Source: Cyanobacteriota bacterium (GTDB taxonomy: Bacteria > Cyanobacteriota > Cyanobacteriia > PCC-6307 > Cyanobiaceae). Taken from it: a stretch of DNA of 64,000 nucleotides. Positions 43,095 to 54,947 of this stretch are shown in pieces. Position 1 is the stretch's first letter. Every line of letters begins with the position of its first letter. The notes under the pieces were generated by a model. The model was not told the DNA's origin and did not search any database. It was given only the letters and a program-made list of their open reading frames with translations. The stretch is taken from contig JBJOMY010000003.1 of NCBI GenBank assembly GCA_046052125.1, positions 224,001-288,000 on the forward strand, written 5' to 3'. The position numbers and the translations under genes are program-made.

Positions 43095-44959
43095 CAGAGC
43101 TTGGCGCCGCAGTTGGGGCAGTAGAGGCTCGAGCTCGAGGTGGTGTGGTGGCAGCTGTGGCACTCACGGCTGGTGTCGATCGCCAGCTCGGGATGGGAGG
43201 GCAGGCCCACCATCTGAGCGTTGCTGGCACCGGGGGGCACCATCGGGTAGCAGTTCTCGTTGCGGCGCACCTGCACCTCAATGAAGGCCGGACCCGGGTG
43301 AGCCAGGGCCTCGGCGAGCTGTTGGCGCAGCTCGGAGCGCTCGCTGATGCGCACGCCTTTCACTCCGAAGCCCTCAGCCACCATCGGGAAGTTGGGCATG
43401 CCGCCGGTCATTTCCGAAGCGGAGTAGCGCTCGCCGTAGAAGCTTTCCTGCCACTGACGCACCATCCCCTGCCAGCCGTTGTTGAGCACCACCACCTTCA
43501 CCGGCAGGTTGTATTGGCTGAGGGTGCCGAGCTCCTGGATGTTCATCAGGATGCTGGCGTCGCCCGCCACGCAGACCACCTGCTGATCGGGGAAGGCCGT
43601 CTGAACGCCCATGGCTGCAGGCATGCCAAAGCCCATGGTGCCAAGACCGGCGGAGCTGATCCAGCGGCGCGGGCCTGTGTGCAGGAACTGCGCCGCCCAC
43701 ATCTGGTGTTGCCCCACATCGGTGGTGACGTAAGCCTCGGGGGCGAGCTCCTGCAGCATCGCCACCACTTCCTGGGGTGCGATCTCGCCTTCCGGAGCCG
43801 GCACCACCAAGGGGTAGTGCTGCTTCCAGGTGTTGATCCGCTCGAGCCAGGCCTCGGTGCGGCCGCTGGAGTCTTCCCCGGCAGACGCCGCCAGCAGGGC
43901 CTCCAGTGCGTCTTTCACATCAGCCACCACCGCCACATCCGGTCGGCGGGTTTTGCCCAGTTCGGCGGCATCGATGTCGATGTGGATCACCTGGGCCCGC
44001 GGCGCGAAGCCATCCAGGCGGCCGGTCACGCGGTCGTCAAAGCGGGCGCCGGCGGCGATCAGCAGATCGCACTCGGTGACGGCGAAGTTGGCGTAGGCCG
44101 TGCCGTGCATCCCGAGCATGCCCACCGCCAGCGGGTGCTGCTCGTCAAAGGCGCCTTTGCCCATCAGGGTGGTGGTCACCGGCAGGCGGAAGCGCTCCGC
44201 CAGTTGATGCACCAGGGGATGGGCGCCGCAGCTGATCGCACCGCCGCCCACGTAGAGCAGGGGCCGCCTGGCCTGGCGGATCAGCGCCAGTGCCGCATCG
44301 ATGGCCTGGGTTTCAGGAGCTGGTGTGGCTTTGAAGCCGGCGGGCACGGCGCTGCCGGGCTCCACCGGGATATAATCGAATTCTTCAACGCCCACATCCT
44401 TGGGCACATCGATCAGCACCGGCCCGGGGCGGCCGCTGGCGGCGATCAGGAAGGCTTCGGCCACGATCCGGCCGATGTCGCGCGGGTCGCGCACCACCCA
44501 GGAGTGTTTCACGATCGGCAGGGTGATGCCGAAGATGTCGGTCTCCTGGAAGGCGTCTGTGCCGATGGCAGCCCGGGGCACCTGACCGGTGATCACCACC
44601 ATCGGCACCGAGTCCATGTGGGCGGTGGCGATGCCGGTCACCAAGTTGGTGGCGCCGGGGCCGGAGGTGCCGAAGCACACGCCCACCTTGCCGGTGGCGC
44701 GGGCATAGGCATCGGCGGCGTGGGTGCCGCCCTGCTCGTGGCGCACCAGGATGTGCTTCAGCCAGCCGCGGCTTTCAGCCTTGTGCAGCTCGTCGTAGAT
44801 CGGCAGGATCGCCCCGCCGGGATAGCCAAAGATGTGCTCCACGCCGTGGCGGCGCAGGGCATCCATCAGGGCGTAGCCGCCATTCACTCGTTGCGGGGTC
44901 GATTGCTCAGGAGAAGCGTTGGCCGCAGCGGCCGTTGGGGATACGGACGTAACGGTCAC
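43094..44959 (-). CDS. ilvB: Acetolactate synthase large subunit
   Basis: [54 protein letters not shown]. Confidence 0.97.
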   Translation of the reverse strand: MTVTSVSPTAAAANASPEQSTPQRVNGGYALMDALRRHGVEHIFGYPGGAILPIYDELHKAESRGWLKHILVRHEQGGTHAADAYARATGKVGVCFGTSGPGATNLVTGIATAHMDSVPMVVITGQVPRAAIGTDAFQETDIFGITLPIVKHSWVVRDPRDIGRIVAEAFLIAASGRPGPVLIDVPKDVGVEEFDYIPVEPGSAVPAGFKATPAPETQAIDAALALIRQARRPLLYVGGGAISCGAHPLVHQLAERFRLPVTTTLMGKGAFDEQHPLAVGMLGMHGTAYANFAVTECDLLIAAGARFDDRVTGRLDGFAPRAQVIHIDIDAAELGKTRRPDVAVVADVKDALEALLAASAGEDSSGRTEAWLERINTWKQHYPLVVPAPEGEIAPQEVVAMLQELAPEAYVTTDVGQHQMWAAQFLHTGPRRWISSAGLGTMGFGMPAAMGVQTAFPDQQVVCVAGDASILMNIQELGTLSQYNLPVKVVVLNNGWQGMVRQWQESFYGERYSASEMTGGMPNFPMVAEGFGVKGVRISERSELRQQLAEALAHPGPAFIEVQVRRNENCYPMVPPGASNAQMVGLPSHPELAIDTSRECHSCHHTTSSSSLYCPNCGAKL

Positions 44960-45027
44960 GACGGCAGCAGTCGGCTCTCAAGTTGTTCCAACCCTAAGGT
45001 CTGGCCAGGGGATTGGGTGTGCGGCGT

Positions 45028-45573
45028 TCAGCGCCGCTGACGCTGAGCCGCTGCCATGGCCCGCAGGATTGCGGCGGGATTGAGCCAGCGGCCGCTGTAG
45101 CGCACACCCCAGTGCAGATGAGGGCCGGTGCTGCGGCCGCTCACGCCCACATGGCCGATCACCGCACCGCTCGGCACGCGGTTGCCGGCACGCAGGGCAA
45201 CAGCGCCGCTGCGGTACACACCGCCCTGCACGGCGCCACTGAGGTGGCAATAAATGTGCTCGTAGGGGCCCGATTGGATCAACAGCCCCAGGCCGCAGCT
45301 GCCGTCCTGGATCACCTCCTGCACCACCCCGCCCCACCAATTGCGGATCGGCGAGCCCATCGGAGCAGCGATGTCGATGCCGTGATGGGGTTCCCAACTG
45401 CCGGCTGGCCCGAGGCGCTGTCCGAAATGGCTGGTGTAGCCGGAAAACACGGCCACGGGAAACACACCCTGGCTCCAGCGGCCATCGGCGTGGGCGATGC
45501 CGCCGAGCACCAGCGCAGCGGCGAGGCCGCCAGCTGCGGCCCTACAGCAATCCCAGGGAATGAAGCGGGCCAC
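45028..45573 (-). CDS. M23-family metallopeptidase
   Basis: [21 protein letters not shown]. Confidence 0.9.
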   Translation of the reverse strand: MARFIPWDCCRAAAGGLAAALVLGGIAHADGRWSQGVFPVAVFSGYTSHFGQRLGPAGSWEPHHGIDIAAPMGSPIRNWWGGVVQEVIQDGSCGLGLLIQSGPYEHIYCHLSGAVQGGVYRSGAVALRAGNRVPSGAVIGHVGVSGRSTGPHLHWGVRYSGRWLNPAAILRAMAAAQRQRR

Positions 45574-46717
45574 GGCCGCTGAGCAGCTCCAGCAGGAAAG
45601 CGGAGAAGCCGAGCATTGCCAAGCGACCGTTCCACACCTCGGAGCTGTTGTTCCAGCCCCAGGCCCACTTGTCCTGGGGGTAGAGCTTCACCTTGGTGGG
45701 CAATGCCGCCGCCTGATCCAGGTTCACCTCAGGCCCCTCAAGGGCGTGCTGCACCAGGTTGGCCAGGCCTTCGATGAAGGACGGCGTGGTGTCGAGGGCG
45801 GGCACGCGGCGGAAGTTGGTGATGCCGGATTCGGTGGCGATCTCCCGGTATTCGATGTCGATTTCTTCGAGCGTTTCGATGTGCTCGCTCACGAAGCTGA
45901 TCGGCACCACCACCAAATCCTTCACCCCTTGTTCGCCGAGCTCATGGAGCGCGTCGTCGGTGTAGGGCTTGAGCCATTCCACGGGACCCACCCGGCTCTG
46001 GTAGGCCAGGGTGAACGGGTTGCGGTAGCCCAGCTGCTGCTCCAGCCGATCGATGATCAGGCCGGCACAGGCCTGGATCTCCTCTTGATAGGGATCGCCC
46101 GCCTCTTCCACGTAGCTCTTGGGCACCCCGTGGGCGCTGAAGAACACATGGGCGCTGGCCGGATCGGGGCAGGCCTGGATCTCCTTGGCGATCAGCTCGG
46201 CCATGGCGCCGATGTAGCCGGGATCGTTGTAGTAGCTGCGGATGCAGCGAATCGGCAGGCGGGCAAAGTTCGTGTCGGCCTGGCGCAGCCGCTGCAGCTC
46301 CCGGAAGCTCGAGCCGCTGGTGCTGATCGAGAAGTGGGGGTAGAGAGGCAGCACCACCACCTCATCGATGCCGTCGGCCTTGATATCGGCCACGGCCGAT
46401 TCGGTGAACGGGTGCCAGTAGCGCATCGCCACGTAGCTGGTGGCTTCGATGCCGCGCTGGCGCAGGGTGCTCTGCAGCTCGCGGGCCTGCTGCTCGGTGA
46501 TCCGGCGCAGCGGTGAACCGCCACCGATCGAGCGGTAGGCCGCCTGGGATTTACCGGCCCTCAGGGTGCTGATCAACCAGGCCAACGGCTTCTGCAGGGC
46601 CGGGTTGGGCAACCGGATGATCTCCGGATCCGCAAACAGGTTGTAGAGGAACGGCCCCACGTCCTGAATGCGCTCAGGCCCGCCGAGGTTCAGCAACAGC
46701 ACGCCGACCTTGGCCAT
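45542..46717 (-). CDS. hemH: Ferrochelatase with C-terminal CAB domain
   Basis: [54 protein letters not shown]. Confidence 0.98.
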   Translation of the reverse strand: MAKVGVLLLNLGGPERIQDVGPFLYNLFADPEIIRLPNPALQKPLAWLISTLRAGKSQAAYRSIGGGSPLRRITEQQARELQSTLRQRGIEATSYVAMRYWHPFTESAVADIKADGIDEVVVLPLYPHFSISTSGSSFRELQRLRQADTNFARLPIRCIRSYYNDPGYIGAMAELIAKEIQACPDPASAHVFFSAHGVPKSYVEEAGDPYQEEIQACAGLIIDRLEQQLGYRNPFTLAYQSRVGPVEWLKPYTDDALHELGEQGVKDLVVVPISFVSEHIETLEEIDIEYREIATESGITNFRRVPALDTTPSFIEGLANLVQHALEGPEVNLDQAAALPTKVKLYPQDKWAWGWNNSSEVWNGRLAMLGFSAFLLELLSGRGPLHSLGLL

Positions 46718-46809
46718 GCCCAGCGGTGATCAGGTGAATAGTGCGCTCGAGCGTAACGCTGCTGGCTCAGGGCTGGCCGTCGCGCTGCAAGCTCGATAGG
46801 GTCCGCGCC

Positions 46810-48009
46810 ATGACGGGCGCCGCCTCTCCTCCTCACGTTCTGGACGAGCAGCTACGCCTGCACAACGCCCAGCTGGCGGCCAGTGGGGTGAGTTTGCGCC
46901 TGGAGCGTCGCGGCCAGCGCTTGGCCCTGCGGGGGCCTTTGCCCTGTCGCCGTGGCAGTGGGGCGGTGCTGGTTCAGCGCATCAGCCTTGGGCTGGCCGC
47001 CGATCACAACGGGTTGGAGCAAGCCCGCGCGGCCCTGCGGCGGGTGCTCCAGCAGCTGCAGCAGCAGACCTTTTCATGGAGCCATTGGGGGGATCCCGGC
47101 GCGGGATCCCAAAAGGCCGCGTCTACGGCGCAGGCAGCGGATGCGGCTGTCGCGCTTGATCGCTTCGAGCGCGACTTCTTCGCTGATCCGCGCCGCCGCC
47201 GCAATGCCGCCGGCACCCGCACCACCTGGACCAGCGCCTATCTGCCCTATCTGCGGCGGTTGCGTCAGCTGGCGGAGCAGCACCCGCAGCCGTTGAGCAC
47301 GGCGCTGCTGGAAGCGGTGCTCGAGAGCTACCCCCTGGCCAGCCGCGGCCGCCAGCAGTGCGGCACAGCCTTGGCGGCTCTGGCGCGGGCGCAAGCGATC
47401 GACCTACCGGCCGATTGGGCTGATCGCGCCGGCGGTTACGGCCTGCATGCCGCCCAGTTCCGCCAGTTGCCGAGCGATATCCAGATCCTCGACTGGATCG
47501 AGCGCATTCCCAACCCGGGCTGGCGCCTGGCCTACGGCTTGATGGCCACCTATGGATTGCGCAACCACGAGGTGTTTTTCAGCGATCTCTCCGCCCTCGC
47601 TCCCGGCGGTGATCGGGTGATCCGTGTGCTGCCCACCAGCAAAACGGGGGAGCATCAGGTGTGGCCGTTTCAGCCGGAATGGGTGGAGCGCTTCGAGCTG
47701 CCGCGGCTCGGTGAGGCTCGGGATCTGCTGCCGCCGGTGCGCACGGATCTGCGCCGCACCACGCTGCAGCAGGTGGGCCGTCGGGTGGCTGAGCAGTTTC
47801 GCCGCTATGAGCTCCCCATCACCCCCTACGACCTGCGTCACGCCTGGGCCGTGCGCACCATTCACATCGGTCTGCCCGACACCGTGGCCGCCCGGATGAT
47901 GGGCCACTCGGTGGCGATCCACACCCGCACCTACCACCACTGGATCACCCGCCGCGATCAGCAGCAGGCAGTCGATACGGCCCTGGCCCGCGCCCGATCT
48001 GCAGCCTGA
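46810..48009 (+). CDS. Tyrosine recombinase (phage integrase family), cyanobacterial type
   Basis: GLRNHE (R), SKTG (K), YDLRH, MGHS (H), TY (Y). Confidence 0.9.
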   Translation: MTGAASPPHVLDEQLRLHNAQLAASGVSLRLERRGQRLALRGPLPCRRGSGAVLVQRISLGLAADHNGLEQARAALRRVLQQLQQQTFSWSHWGDPGAGSQKAASTAQAADAAVALDRFERDFFADPRRRRNAAGTRTTWTSAYLPYLRRLRQLAEQHPQPLSTALLEAVLESYPLASRGRQQCGTALAALARAQAIDLPADWADRAGGYGLHAAQFRQLPSDIQILDWIERIPNPGWRLAYGLMATYGLRNHEVFFSDLSALAPGGDRVIRVLPTSKTGEHQVWPFQPEWVERFELPRLGEARDLLPPVRTDLRRTTLQQVGRRVAEQFRRYELPITPYDLRHAWAVRTIHIGLPDTVAARMMGHSVAIHTRTYHHWITRRDQQQAVDTALARARSAA

Positions 48010-48048
48010 TCGCAGCGTTGCCAGAGTGCTGCCATCTGAGCCTCTGCT

Positions 48049-48726
48049 GTGCACCCTGATCCGCTCGAAACCCCCCTCGATCAGGCCGCTTCTGAACTCG
48101 GTATGGGCGGTGCCCTGGCCCCTGAGGCCAGCGCCGAGGCCTACCGCCGCCGCATGGAGCGCCGCAAAGAGGTGCAGCAGCAGCGGGTGGGCGAGCGCAA
48201 TCTCGAGAAGGGGTTGGTGCTGGTGTTCACCGGCGACGGCAAGGGCAAAACCACTGCGGCCCTAGGGCTGGTGCTGCGCACCCTCGGCCATGGGGAGCAG
48301 GTGGCCGTGGTGCAGTTCATCAAAGGCGGCTGGCATCCCGGCGAGGCCAAGGCGCTGGCGCTGTTCGGTGAAGCGCTGCACTGGCACGCCCTGGGTGAGG
48401 GGTTCACCTGGGAAACCCAGGACCGGGACCGCGATCGCCAGCTGGTGCAGCAGGCCTGGGAGCAGTCCCTCCTTTATCTGGCATCGGCTGAGCGCAAGTT
48501 GGTGGTGCTCGATGAGGTGAACGTGGCCCTCAAGCTCGGCTACCTCGAGCTGGAGCAGGTGCTGGAGGGCCTGGCGCTGCGCCCGCCGCTCACCCATGTG
48601 GCCCTCACCGGCCGCGGCGCGCCGGCAGGGTTGCTCGAGCGCGCTGATCTGGTCACCGAAATGAAGCTGCTGCGCCACCCGTTCCGGGAGCAGGGGGTGA
48701 AAGCTCAGGCCGGTATCGAGTTTTGA
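48049..48726 (+). CDS. cobO: Cob(I)alamin adenosyltransferase
   Basis: VFTGDGKGKTTAA, QFIKG, GEGFTW, VLDE, LTGR, HPF...AQAGIEF. Confidence 0.96.
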   Translation: MHPDPLETPLDQAASELGMGGALAPEASAEAYRRRMERRKEVQQQRVGERNLEKGLVLVFTGDGKGKTTAALGLVLRTLGHGEQVAVVQFIKGGWHPGEAKALALFGEALHWHALGEGFTWETQDRDRDRQLVQQAWEQSLLYLASAERKLVVLDEVNVALKLGYLELEQVLEGLALRPPLTHVALTGRGAPAGLLERADLVTEMKLLRHPFREQGVKAQAGIEF

Positions 48727-48736
48727 GCGCTCGCGT

Positions 48737-48937
48737 TTAGGTGCCCTGCTGCCCTTGCAGCAGCGCCAGGCTGCTGAGCAAAACCGATAACCCACTCACC
48801 AGCAGGGCCCGATGCACCATCGGTTCGCCCCAGCCGCCGGGTTCGGCCACCAGCTGCTCCACCGCCGAAAGGGTGAGCCGGGCCATCACGCTGGAGCTTC
48901 TCGGCGGCAGTGGATCGCCGGCCTGAGCGCTTGTCAT
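48737..48937 (-). CDS. Hypothetical small membrane-associated protein
   Basis: 66-aa ORF with a C-terminal hydrophobic helix, filling the cobO-pyrH gap. Confidence 0.5.
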   Translation of the reverse strand: MTSAQAGDPLPPRSSSVMARLTLSAVEQLVAEPGGWGEPMVHRALLVSGLSVLLSSLALLQGQQGT

Positions 48938-49037
48938 CAGCGTTGTGCGGTTGTCCCATCGAAGCGGCTGGAGCCAGCGTCGGCAAGGGATCTCACGCTT
49001 GCTACTGTTCGGCCAACTGACGTGCAAGCGCGAACGG

Positions 49038-49751
49038 ATGGCTTACCAGCGCGTGTTGCTCAAGCTCAGTGGTGAAGCCCTGATGGGCGAGCAGGGCTAC
49101 GGCATTGATCCGGCCATCGTGAATGCGATTGCCAAGGACGTGGCCGAAGTGGTGGCGGATGGCACCCAGCTGGCGATCGTGGTGGGCGGCGGCAACATCT
49201 TCCGCGGCCTGAAGGGCTCGGCGGCCGGCATGGATCGCGCCACCGCCGACTACGTGGGCATGCTCGCCACGGTGATGAATGCCATCACCCTGCAGGACGG
49301 CCTCGAGCGGGCCGGCATCCCCACCCGCGTGCAGAGCGCCATCTCGATGCAGGAAGTGGCGGAGCCTTACATCCGCCGTAAGGCGATCCGTCATATGGAG
49401 AAGGGCCGCGTGGTGATCTTCGCCGCCGGCACCGGTAACCCGTTCTTCACCACCGACACCACCGCCGCCCTTCGCGCGGCAGAGATCGGTGCCAACGTGG
49501 TCTTCAAGGCCACCAAGGTGGATGGGGTCTACGACAAAGACCCCAACAAGTTCGCCGATGCGGTGCGCTACGAGAGCCTGTCGTTCCTCGATGTGCTCAG
49601 CGGCGAGCTCGAGGTGATGGACAGCACCGCCATCGCCCTCTGCAAGGACAACGCCATCCCCATCGTGGTGTTTGATCTGTTCGGCGCCGGCAACATCGGC
49701 CGGGCTGTCCGCGGTGAGCCCATCGGCACCAGCATCCTGCCCTCGGCCTGA
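49038..49751 (+). CDS. pyrH: UMP kinase
   Basis: [29 protein letters not shown]. Confidence 0.98.
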   Translation: MAYQRVLLKLSGEALMGEQGYGIDPAIVNAIAKDVAEVVADGTQLAIVVGGGNIFRGLKGSAAGMDRATADYVGMLATVMNAITLQDGLERAGIPTRVQSAISMQEVAEPYIRRKAIRHMEKGRVVIFAAGTGNPFFTTDTTAALRAAEIGANVVFKATKVDGVYDKDPNKFADAVRYESLSFLDVLSGELEVMDSTAIALCKDNAIPIVVFDLFGAGNIGRAVRGEPIGTSILPSA

Positions 49752-49775
49752 GCCTTTCTTTTCCTGTCAGCACCC

Positions 49776-50315
49776 ATGGATCTCGAAGCCAGCATGCGCA
49801 AGTCGGTGGATTCCACCCAGCGCACCTTCAACACCATCCGCACCGGTCGGGCCAACGCCTCGCTGCTCGACAAGATCCAGGTTGAGTACTACGGCGCGGA
49901 TACGCCGCTGAAGTCGCTGGCCACCATCAGCACGCCGGATTCCTCCACGATCCAGCTGCAGCCGTTTGATGGCGGATCGCTCGGCTTGATCGAGAAGGCG
50001 ATCTCGATGAGCGATCTGGGCCTCACCTGCAACAACGACGGCAAGGTGATCCGGATCAACATTCCGCCCCTCACCGAAGATCGCCGCAAAGACCTCTGCA
50101 AGCTGGCGGCCAAATACGCCGAAGAAGGCAAGGTGGCGCTGCGCAACATCCGCCGCGATGCCATCGACAAGGTGAAGAAGCAGGAGAAAGAAGGCGACTT
50201 CTCCGAGGATCAGAGCCGTGATGAGCAGGACAAGATCCAGAAGCTCACCGATAAGTTCATCACCGAGATCGAAAAGCTGCTGGCTGAGAAGGAAGCCGAC
50301 ATCCTCAAGGTGTGA
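49776..50315 (+). CDS. frr: Ribosome recycling factor
   Basis: [29 protein letters not shown]. Confidence 0.98.
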   Translation: MDLEASMRKSVDSTQRTFNTIRTGRANASLLDKIQVEYYGADTPLKSLATISTPDSSTIQLQPFDGGSLGLIEKAISMSDLGLTCNNDGKVIRINIPPLTEDRRKDLCKLAAKYAEEGKVALRNIRRDAIDKVKKQEKEGDFSEDQSRDEQDKIQKLTDKFITEIEKLLAEKEADILKV

Positions 50316-51472
50316 GCTCCGCTCACATGCATGACGTCATCGTCGTCGGTGCCGGCGCGGCCGGTGCCGCTGCGGCGTTTCACTTAAGTGCGCGCGGGCA
50401 CAGCGTCCTGATCCTGGAGGCCGAGGCCATGCCACGCCGCAAACCCTGCGGTGGTGGCATGGCGGCGTCAGTGCAGCGTTGGTTTCCCTTTGATCTCTCG
50501 CCCGCCGTAGATCAGGTGATCGAGCAGGTGCGCTTCACCTGGTGCCTGGAAGATCCCGTCACCGCGGTGTTGCCGGGTGATTCACCCTTCTGGATCGTGC
50601 AACGCTCGCGCCTCGATCAGTTCATCGCGCAGCAGGCCATCGATGCCGGTGCTGAGCTGGTGGATGCCGCACCGGTGTCGACGATTGAGCGCAATGGCGA
50701 CCATTGGTGCGTGGAGGCAGCAGGCCATCGCTACCTCAGCCACGCCGTGGTGGTGGCCGATGGCTCCAGCTCCCGCTTTGCCGCCGCCCTGGGCCTGGGC
50801 AATCCCCTGCCGCGCTTCGCCAGTGCCGTTGCGGTGGAGGTGGAGGCCGAGGTGCTGGAGCCCAACACGGCCCGCTTCGAATTCGGCCTGGTGCGCCATG
50901 GCTTCTGTTGGGCCTTCCCGCGCCAGGGCGGCTACAGCATTGGCGTGGGCACCTTCATCGGCAAGGACGCCGTGGATGCAGCCGGCGTGATGGCCCAGCT
51001 GCTGCCAAGCCTCGGCTTGCCCGCGGATGCGGGGCTGCGGCTGCAATCACCGCTGCGGGTCTGGGACGGCCACTATCCGCTGCACACCCCGGCCGGTGCT
51101 GTGGCCGTGGGTGATGCCGCCTCACTTTGTGATCCCTTCCTGGCCGAGGGTCTGCGGCCGGCGTTGCTCAGCGGTGTGCGTAGTGCAGAAGCGCTTGATC
51201 GTTACCTGGTGCAGCGCAAGGCCGGTGATCAGGCGGCGGCGGAGCAGTCGCTGGCGGGCTACAGCCAGGCGATGCGGCAGGAGTGGGGTGAATCCATGGC
51301 CTGGGGACGGCGCATCGCCCAGGTGTTTTACCGGGTTCCCAAGGTGGGCTATCAGCTCGGGATCAAACGCCCCACCGCGCCGCAGCGGATCGCCCAGATC
51401 CTCTCCGGTGAGATGGGCTACGGCGATATCGCCCAGCGGGTGATCAAGCGCCTGCTGTTTCAGCGTGGCTAG
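50312..51472 (+). CDS. Geranylgeranyl-reductase-family FAD-dependent oxidoreductase
   Basis: [38 protein letters not shown]. Confidence 0.88.
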   Translation: MSSAHMHDVIVVGAGAAGAAAAFHLSARGHSVLILEAEAMPRRKPCGGGMAASVQRWFPFDLSPAVDQVIEQVRFTWCLEDPVTAVLPGDSPFWIVQRSRLDQFIAQQAIDAGAELVDAAPVSTIERNGDHWCVEAAGHRYLSHAVVVADGSSSRFAAALGLGNPLPRFASAVAVEVEAEVLEPNTARFEFGLVRHGFCWAFPRQGGYSIGVGTFIGKDAVDAAGVMAQLLPSLGLPADAGLRLQSPLRVWDGHYPLHTPAGAVAVGDAASLCDPFLAEGLRPALLSGVRSAEALDRYLVQRKAGDQAAAEQSLAGYSQAMRQEWGESMAWGRRIAQVFYRVPKVGYQLGIKRPTAPQRIAQILSGEMGYGDIAQRVIKRLLFQRG

Positions 51473-51849
51473 CTGAATTTGGTGCAGTCCTTGAGCTGCC
51501 GCAGCCGCTTATCGATCGAGCCCAGCAGCTCGATCGCAAACATGGGTGATTCCTGAACCGCAAACAGAAACTTCTCGCGGTTCATCACCAGCACCTTGCA
51601 ATCGCTCATCGCCTTGGCGTTGCCGTAACGGCGATGCTCCGGCGTCACTAGGGCGCCGGCGCCGAACACATCGCCGGCCTGGATGATCTCCTGGCAGCCT
51701 TCCTCGTTCCAGCTGAGCTCCACGCTTCCTTCCAGCACGCCGAACATGCAGTCGCCGGTTTCCCCGGAACTGAAGATCAGCTGACCGGCTGGAACATCCA
51801 GCACCTCACCCTGGCTGGCCAGGGCGCGCATGGTGTCGAGAGCGTTCAA
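51469..51849 (-). CDS. Stand-alone cyclic-nucleotide-binding domain protein
   Basis: IFSSGETGDCMF.VLEGSVEL, GDVFG..AL, RYGNAKA. Confidence 0.85.
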   Translation of the reverse strand: MNALDTMRALASQGEVLDVPAGQLIFSSGETGDCMFGVLEGSVELSWNEEGCQEIIQAGDVFGAGALVTPEHRRYGNAKAMSDCKVLVMNREKFLFAVQESPMFAIELLGSIDKRLRQLKDCTKFS

Positions 51850-51890
51850 CGGAGATGGCGGTGCAATCCACCCAGTGTGGATCAGCTTGG

Positions 51891-53063
51891 TTAAGAAGCG
51901 CTGATGGCCAGGGCTGCCCCCAGGCCACCACGCACATCGGCGGGCATCAGGCGGCCGTCGTGGTCGGTGTCGAGGGCATCAAACACGGCATCGCTGCCCA
52001 GCCATTCCTCGCGGGTGATGCAGCCATCGCCATCGAGGTCGTTGAGCAGGAAGATCTCCTGAGCGGCGTGCTGGAAGGCGCCGGCACCTTCGAGCTCGCC
52101 CAGGCGGTGGGCCAGCTGCGCCTCGAGGGTTTCGATCGCGCGGGTGAAGCCGGTGATGCCCTCCTGCAGCTTCTCGGTGGCCATCGGGTCTTTGTGCATC
52201 ATCGCTTCAAAGCCCGGGCGATCCAGGTGGATCTGCTCCTCGGTGGGAGCGGGGTTGAAGGCGTTGAGCTTGCGGGTCAGTTCGCCCTGGGTGTTGCGCA
52301 GCTGATCCAGCAGCTTCGGCGAGATGGTGAGCAGATCGCAGCCCGCCAGTTCGATGATTTCATCGATGTTGCGGAAGCTGGCACCCATCACCTCGGTTTT
52401 GTAGCCGTAGGTCTTGAAGTAGTTGAAGATCTGGGTCACCGACACCACGCCCGGATCCTCAGGACCGGGATAGCTCTCGCGCCCGGTGCTCTTTTTGTAC
52501 CAATCGAGGATGCGCCCCACAAACGGGGAAATCAGCGTGACGCCTGCCTCAGCCGCGGCGATCGCCTGGGCGAAGCTGAACAGCAGGGTGAGGTTGCAGT
52601 GGATGCCCTCCTTCTCCAGCACCTCGGCGGCTTTGATCCCCTCCCAGGTGGAGGCGATCTTGATCAGCACGCGCTCGCGGCCGATCCCGGCCTGGCGGTA
52701 GAGGCCGATCAACTTGCGGGCCTTGGTGATGGTGGCTTCGGTGTCGAAGCTGAGGCGGGCATCCACTTCGGTGGACACACGACCGGGCACGATTTTGAGG
52801 ATCTCGGTGCCGAAGGTGACGCAGATTTCATCGAGGGCCTCGCGCACCACCTCTTCCGCCGGTGCAGCTGCGCCGCACACCTCGCGCGACTGCTGCAGGG
52901 AGCGGTCGATCAGGCTCTGATAGGTGGGGATCTGCGCCGCCGCCAGGATCAGCGAGGGATTGGTGGTGGCATCCCGGGGCGTGAACTGACGGATGGCGTC
53001 GATGTCACCGGTGTCGGCGACCACCACGGTCATGGCGGCCAGTTGATCGAGCAGGTTGGCCAT
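51891..53063 (-). CDS. tal: Transaldolase with C-terminal EF-hands
   Basis: [47 protein letters not shown] and DTDHDG EF-hands. Confidence 0.97.
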   Translation of the reverse strand: MANLLDQLAAMTVVVADTGDIDAIRQFTPRDATTNPSLILAAAQIPTYQSLIDRSLQQSREVCGAAAPAEEVVREALDEICVTFGTEILKIVPGRVSTEVDARLSFDTEATITKARKLIGLYRQAGIGRERVLIKIASTWEGIKAAEVLEKEGIHCNLTLLFSFAQAIAAAEAGVTLISPFVGRILDWYKKSTGRESYPGPEDPGVVSVTQIFNYFKTYGYKTEVMGASFRNIDEIIELAGCDLLTISPKLLDQLRNTQGELTRKLNAFNPAPTEEQIHLDRPGFEAMMHKDPMATEKLQEGITGFTRAIETLEAQLAHRLGELEGAGAFQHAAQEIFLLNDLDGDGCITREEWLGSDAVFDALDTDHDGRLMPADVRGGLGAALAISAS

Positions 53064-53132
53064 GCAGGGCCCCGTGAGATGGGCTCAAACTAGCCAGCAC
53101 AACCCGAATGCACCGCCTCTGTCACCAAGCGG

Positions 53133-54947
53133 TTACCCGGCAGTGGTGGTCACCGGTTTGCTGGGGGGAATCTTCTCGATCACCAGCAGCGCTTCGATGA
53201 TCTGCTTCGCCACCGGCACGGCCACCGTGGAGCCGTAGGCATTGCCTCCCTTGGGTTCGTCAACCACCACCAGCACCACGTAGCGGGGATCGTTGATCGG
53301 TAGGTGAGCCACGAAGCTGGTGATCCGTGCGCCCGGGATGTACACGCCGTTTTCAGCCTTCTGGGCGGTGCCGGTTTTGCCGCCGATCCGGTGGCCGGGA
53401 ATGTGAACTCCTTTGCCGCTGCCCTTCTCCACCACGGTCTCCATCCAATTGAGAACCGTCTGGGCGATTTCCGGTTTGATCAGCTGCACCCCCGAGGCCG
53501 CTGGTGCCGGTGCCAGGTCGTCACCGGAGCGCAGGCCGCGGGTGATGTGGGGGCTCACCAGCCGGCCGCCGTTGGAGAGCATCGCGTGCAGCTGGATCAG
53601 CTTCAGCGGCGTGAGGTTGAAGCCCTGGCCGAAGGCGGCCGTGGCTGGTTCGATCGGCTGGGTGCGGAAGATCTCCAGGCTCTTGAGCTGACCGGCCACG
53701 GCGCCGGGTAGGTCGGTATCGGGCTGGGTATCGATGCCGAGGGCGTGTAGCCAGTTCCAGAATTTCGCGGGTTTCACCCGCTGCATCGCCTGCACCATCG
53801 CCACGTTGCTCGACACCTGCAGCACCGTGGGGAAATCGATCAGGCCGTTGCCCTTGCGGTCGTGGTTGAAGATCGGCCAACCGCCGATGGTGAGTTGGCC
53901 GGAGTCATTCACCTTGCCGGCCGGGTCGATCGCGTTCTCCTGCAGGGCGATCGCTAGGTTGATCGGTTTGAAGGTGGAGCCCGGTTCGTAGAGGTCCTGC
54001 ACCGACCACTCGCGGAACAGCCCGGGTTTGTACTTCCAGAACTGATTGGGGTCGTAGGTGGGGGTGGAAGCGAGGGCGAGTAGTTCGCCGTTGCGTACAT
54101 CCATCACCAGCGCCACGCCCCGCTTGGCGTTCCATTGCTTCACCTGCTTGCTGAGCGCCATCAGTGCCACCTGCTGCAGGCGGGCGTCGAGGGTGAGCTG
54201 CAGGCGCAGGTCGTCGCCGTAGAGAACCCCCGCCTTCAAGCCATCGGGCAGGGGCGTGCCATCGGCGCCGCGCCGCATCTGGCGGGTGGCTTCATGGCGG
54301 CGTAGATCCTGGTGGCGGCTCTGCTCCAGGCCGGCCTGGGGAACCCGCTCCAGGTTCAGGAAGCCCACCACGTTCGCGAACAGGCTCCCTTGGGGATATA
54401 CGCGTTGGGGGTAGGCCTCGAGGTCGACGCCGCTGATGCCCAGATTGCGCACCCGCTGGGCGGTTTCCGGATCCAGATCGGTGGCCAGCTTTACGCCCGA
54501 TTTGCGGCCGTCCATGGCCCGCACCAGATCCGCCATCGGAACGGCGAGCACGCTCGAGAGCTTGCGGGCCACGTCGAGCGAGCTACGCAGCTTGCCGATG
54601 TCGTCGCCGGGGAAGGCGAAGTAGCGCGGGTGAGCCCAGAGGGTGAAGCGCTCCTCATCGAGGGCCACCAGGCTGCCCTGGCGATCGACGATCGTGCGGC
54701 GGCGCCCTAGCGGGTTGATGGTCTGGGTCTGAACCGCGCGGGCGCGGTTCAGCAGCTCAGGACCCTGCACCACCTGCACCCAGGCCAAACGCAATGCCAG
54801 GCCACTCAGACCAGTGGCCATGAGCAGGTACAACGCCCAGAGGCGCCGGCTGGGCACTGGAGAGAGTTGCAGCACGCGCCTCTGGCGCGGGCTTGCGGCG
54901 TTGTTTCGCGGGGCCGGCCGCCGGCTCTCGAGGCGGTGCACCGCCAT
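53133..54947 (-). CDS. ftsI: Class B penicillin-binding protein (FtsI/PBP3)
   Basis: RRTIVDRQG, R.YPQG, EPGSTFK (SxxK), SSN, GKTGTAQK. Confidence 0.9.
   Translation of the reverse strand: MAVHRLESRRPAPRNNAASPRQRRVLQLSPVPSRRLWALYLLMATGLSGLALRLAWVQVVQGPELLNRARAVQTQTINPLGRRRTIVDRQGSLVALDEERFTLWAHPRYFAFPGDDIGKLRSSLDVARKLSSVLAVPMADLVRAMDGRKSGVKLATDLDPETAQRVRNLGISGVDLEAYPQRVYPQGSLFANVVGFLNLERVPQAGLEQSRHQDLRRHEATRQMRRGADGTPLPDGLKAGVLYGDDLRLQLTLDARLQQVALMALSKQVKQWNAKRGVALVMDVRNGELLALASTPTYDPNQFWKYKPGLFREWSVQDLYEPGSTFKPINLAIALQENAIDPAGKVNDSGQLTIGGWPIFNHDRKGNGLIDFPTVLQVSSNVAMVQAMQRVKPAKFWNWLHALGIDTQPDTDLPGAVAGQLKSLEIFRTQPIEPATAAFGQGFNLTPLKLIQLHAMLSNGGRLVSPHITRGLRSGDDLAPAPAASGVQLIKPEIAQTVLNWMETVVEKGSGKGVHIPGHRIGGKTGTAQKAENGVYIPGARITSFVAHLPINDPRYVVLVVVDEPKGGNAYGSTVAVPVAKQIIEALLVIEKIPPSKPVTTTAG

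Noticed and set aside
42827..45040. 737-aa plus-strand ORF and similar long ORFs (3476-4729, 8893-10008, 51855-53093, 60560-61945)
   Set aside because: They are antisense shadows of well-supported genes, expected with high-GC codon bias, and show no recognisable motifs.
46810..48009. Tyrosine recombinase as the integrase of the accessory region
   Set aside because: It lies among core genes (hemH, cobO), more than 6 kb from the region edge, with host-like composition and no att repeats or tRNA seen.
45542..53063. CAB tail on ferrochelatase and EF-hands on transaldolase as novel fusions
   Set aside because: Both are established features of cyanobacterial orthologues.
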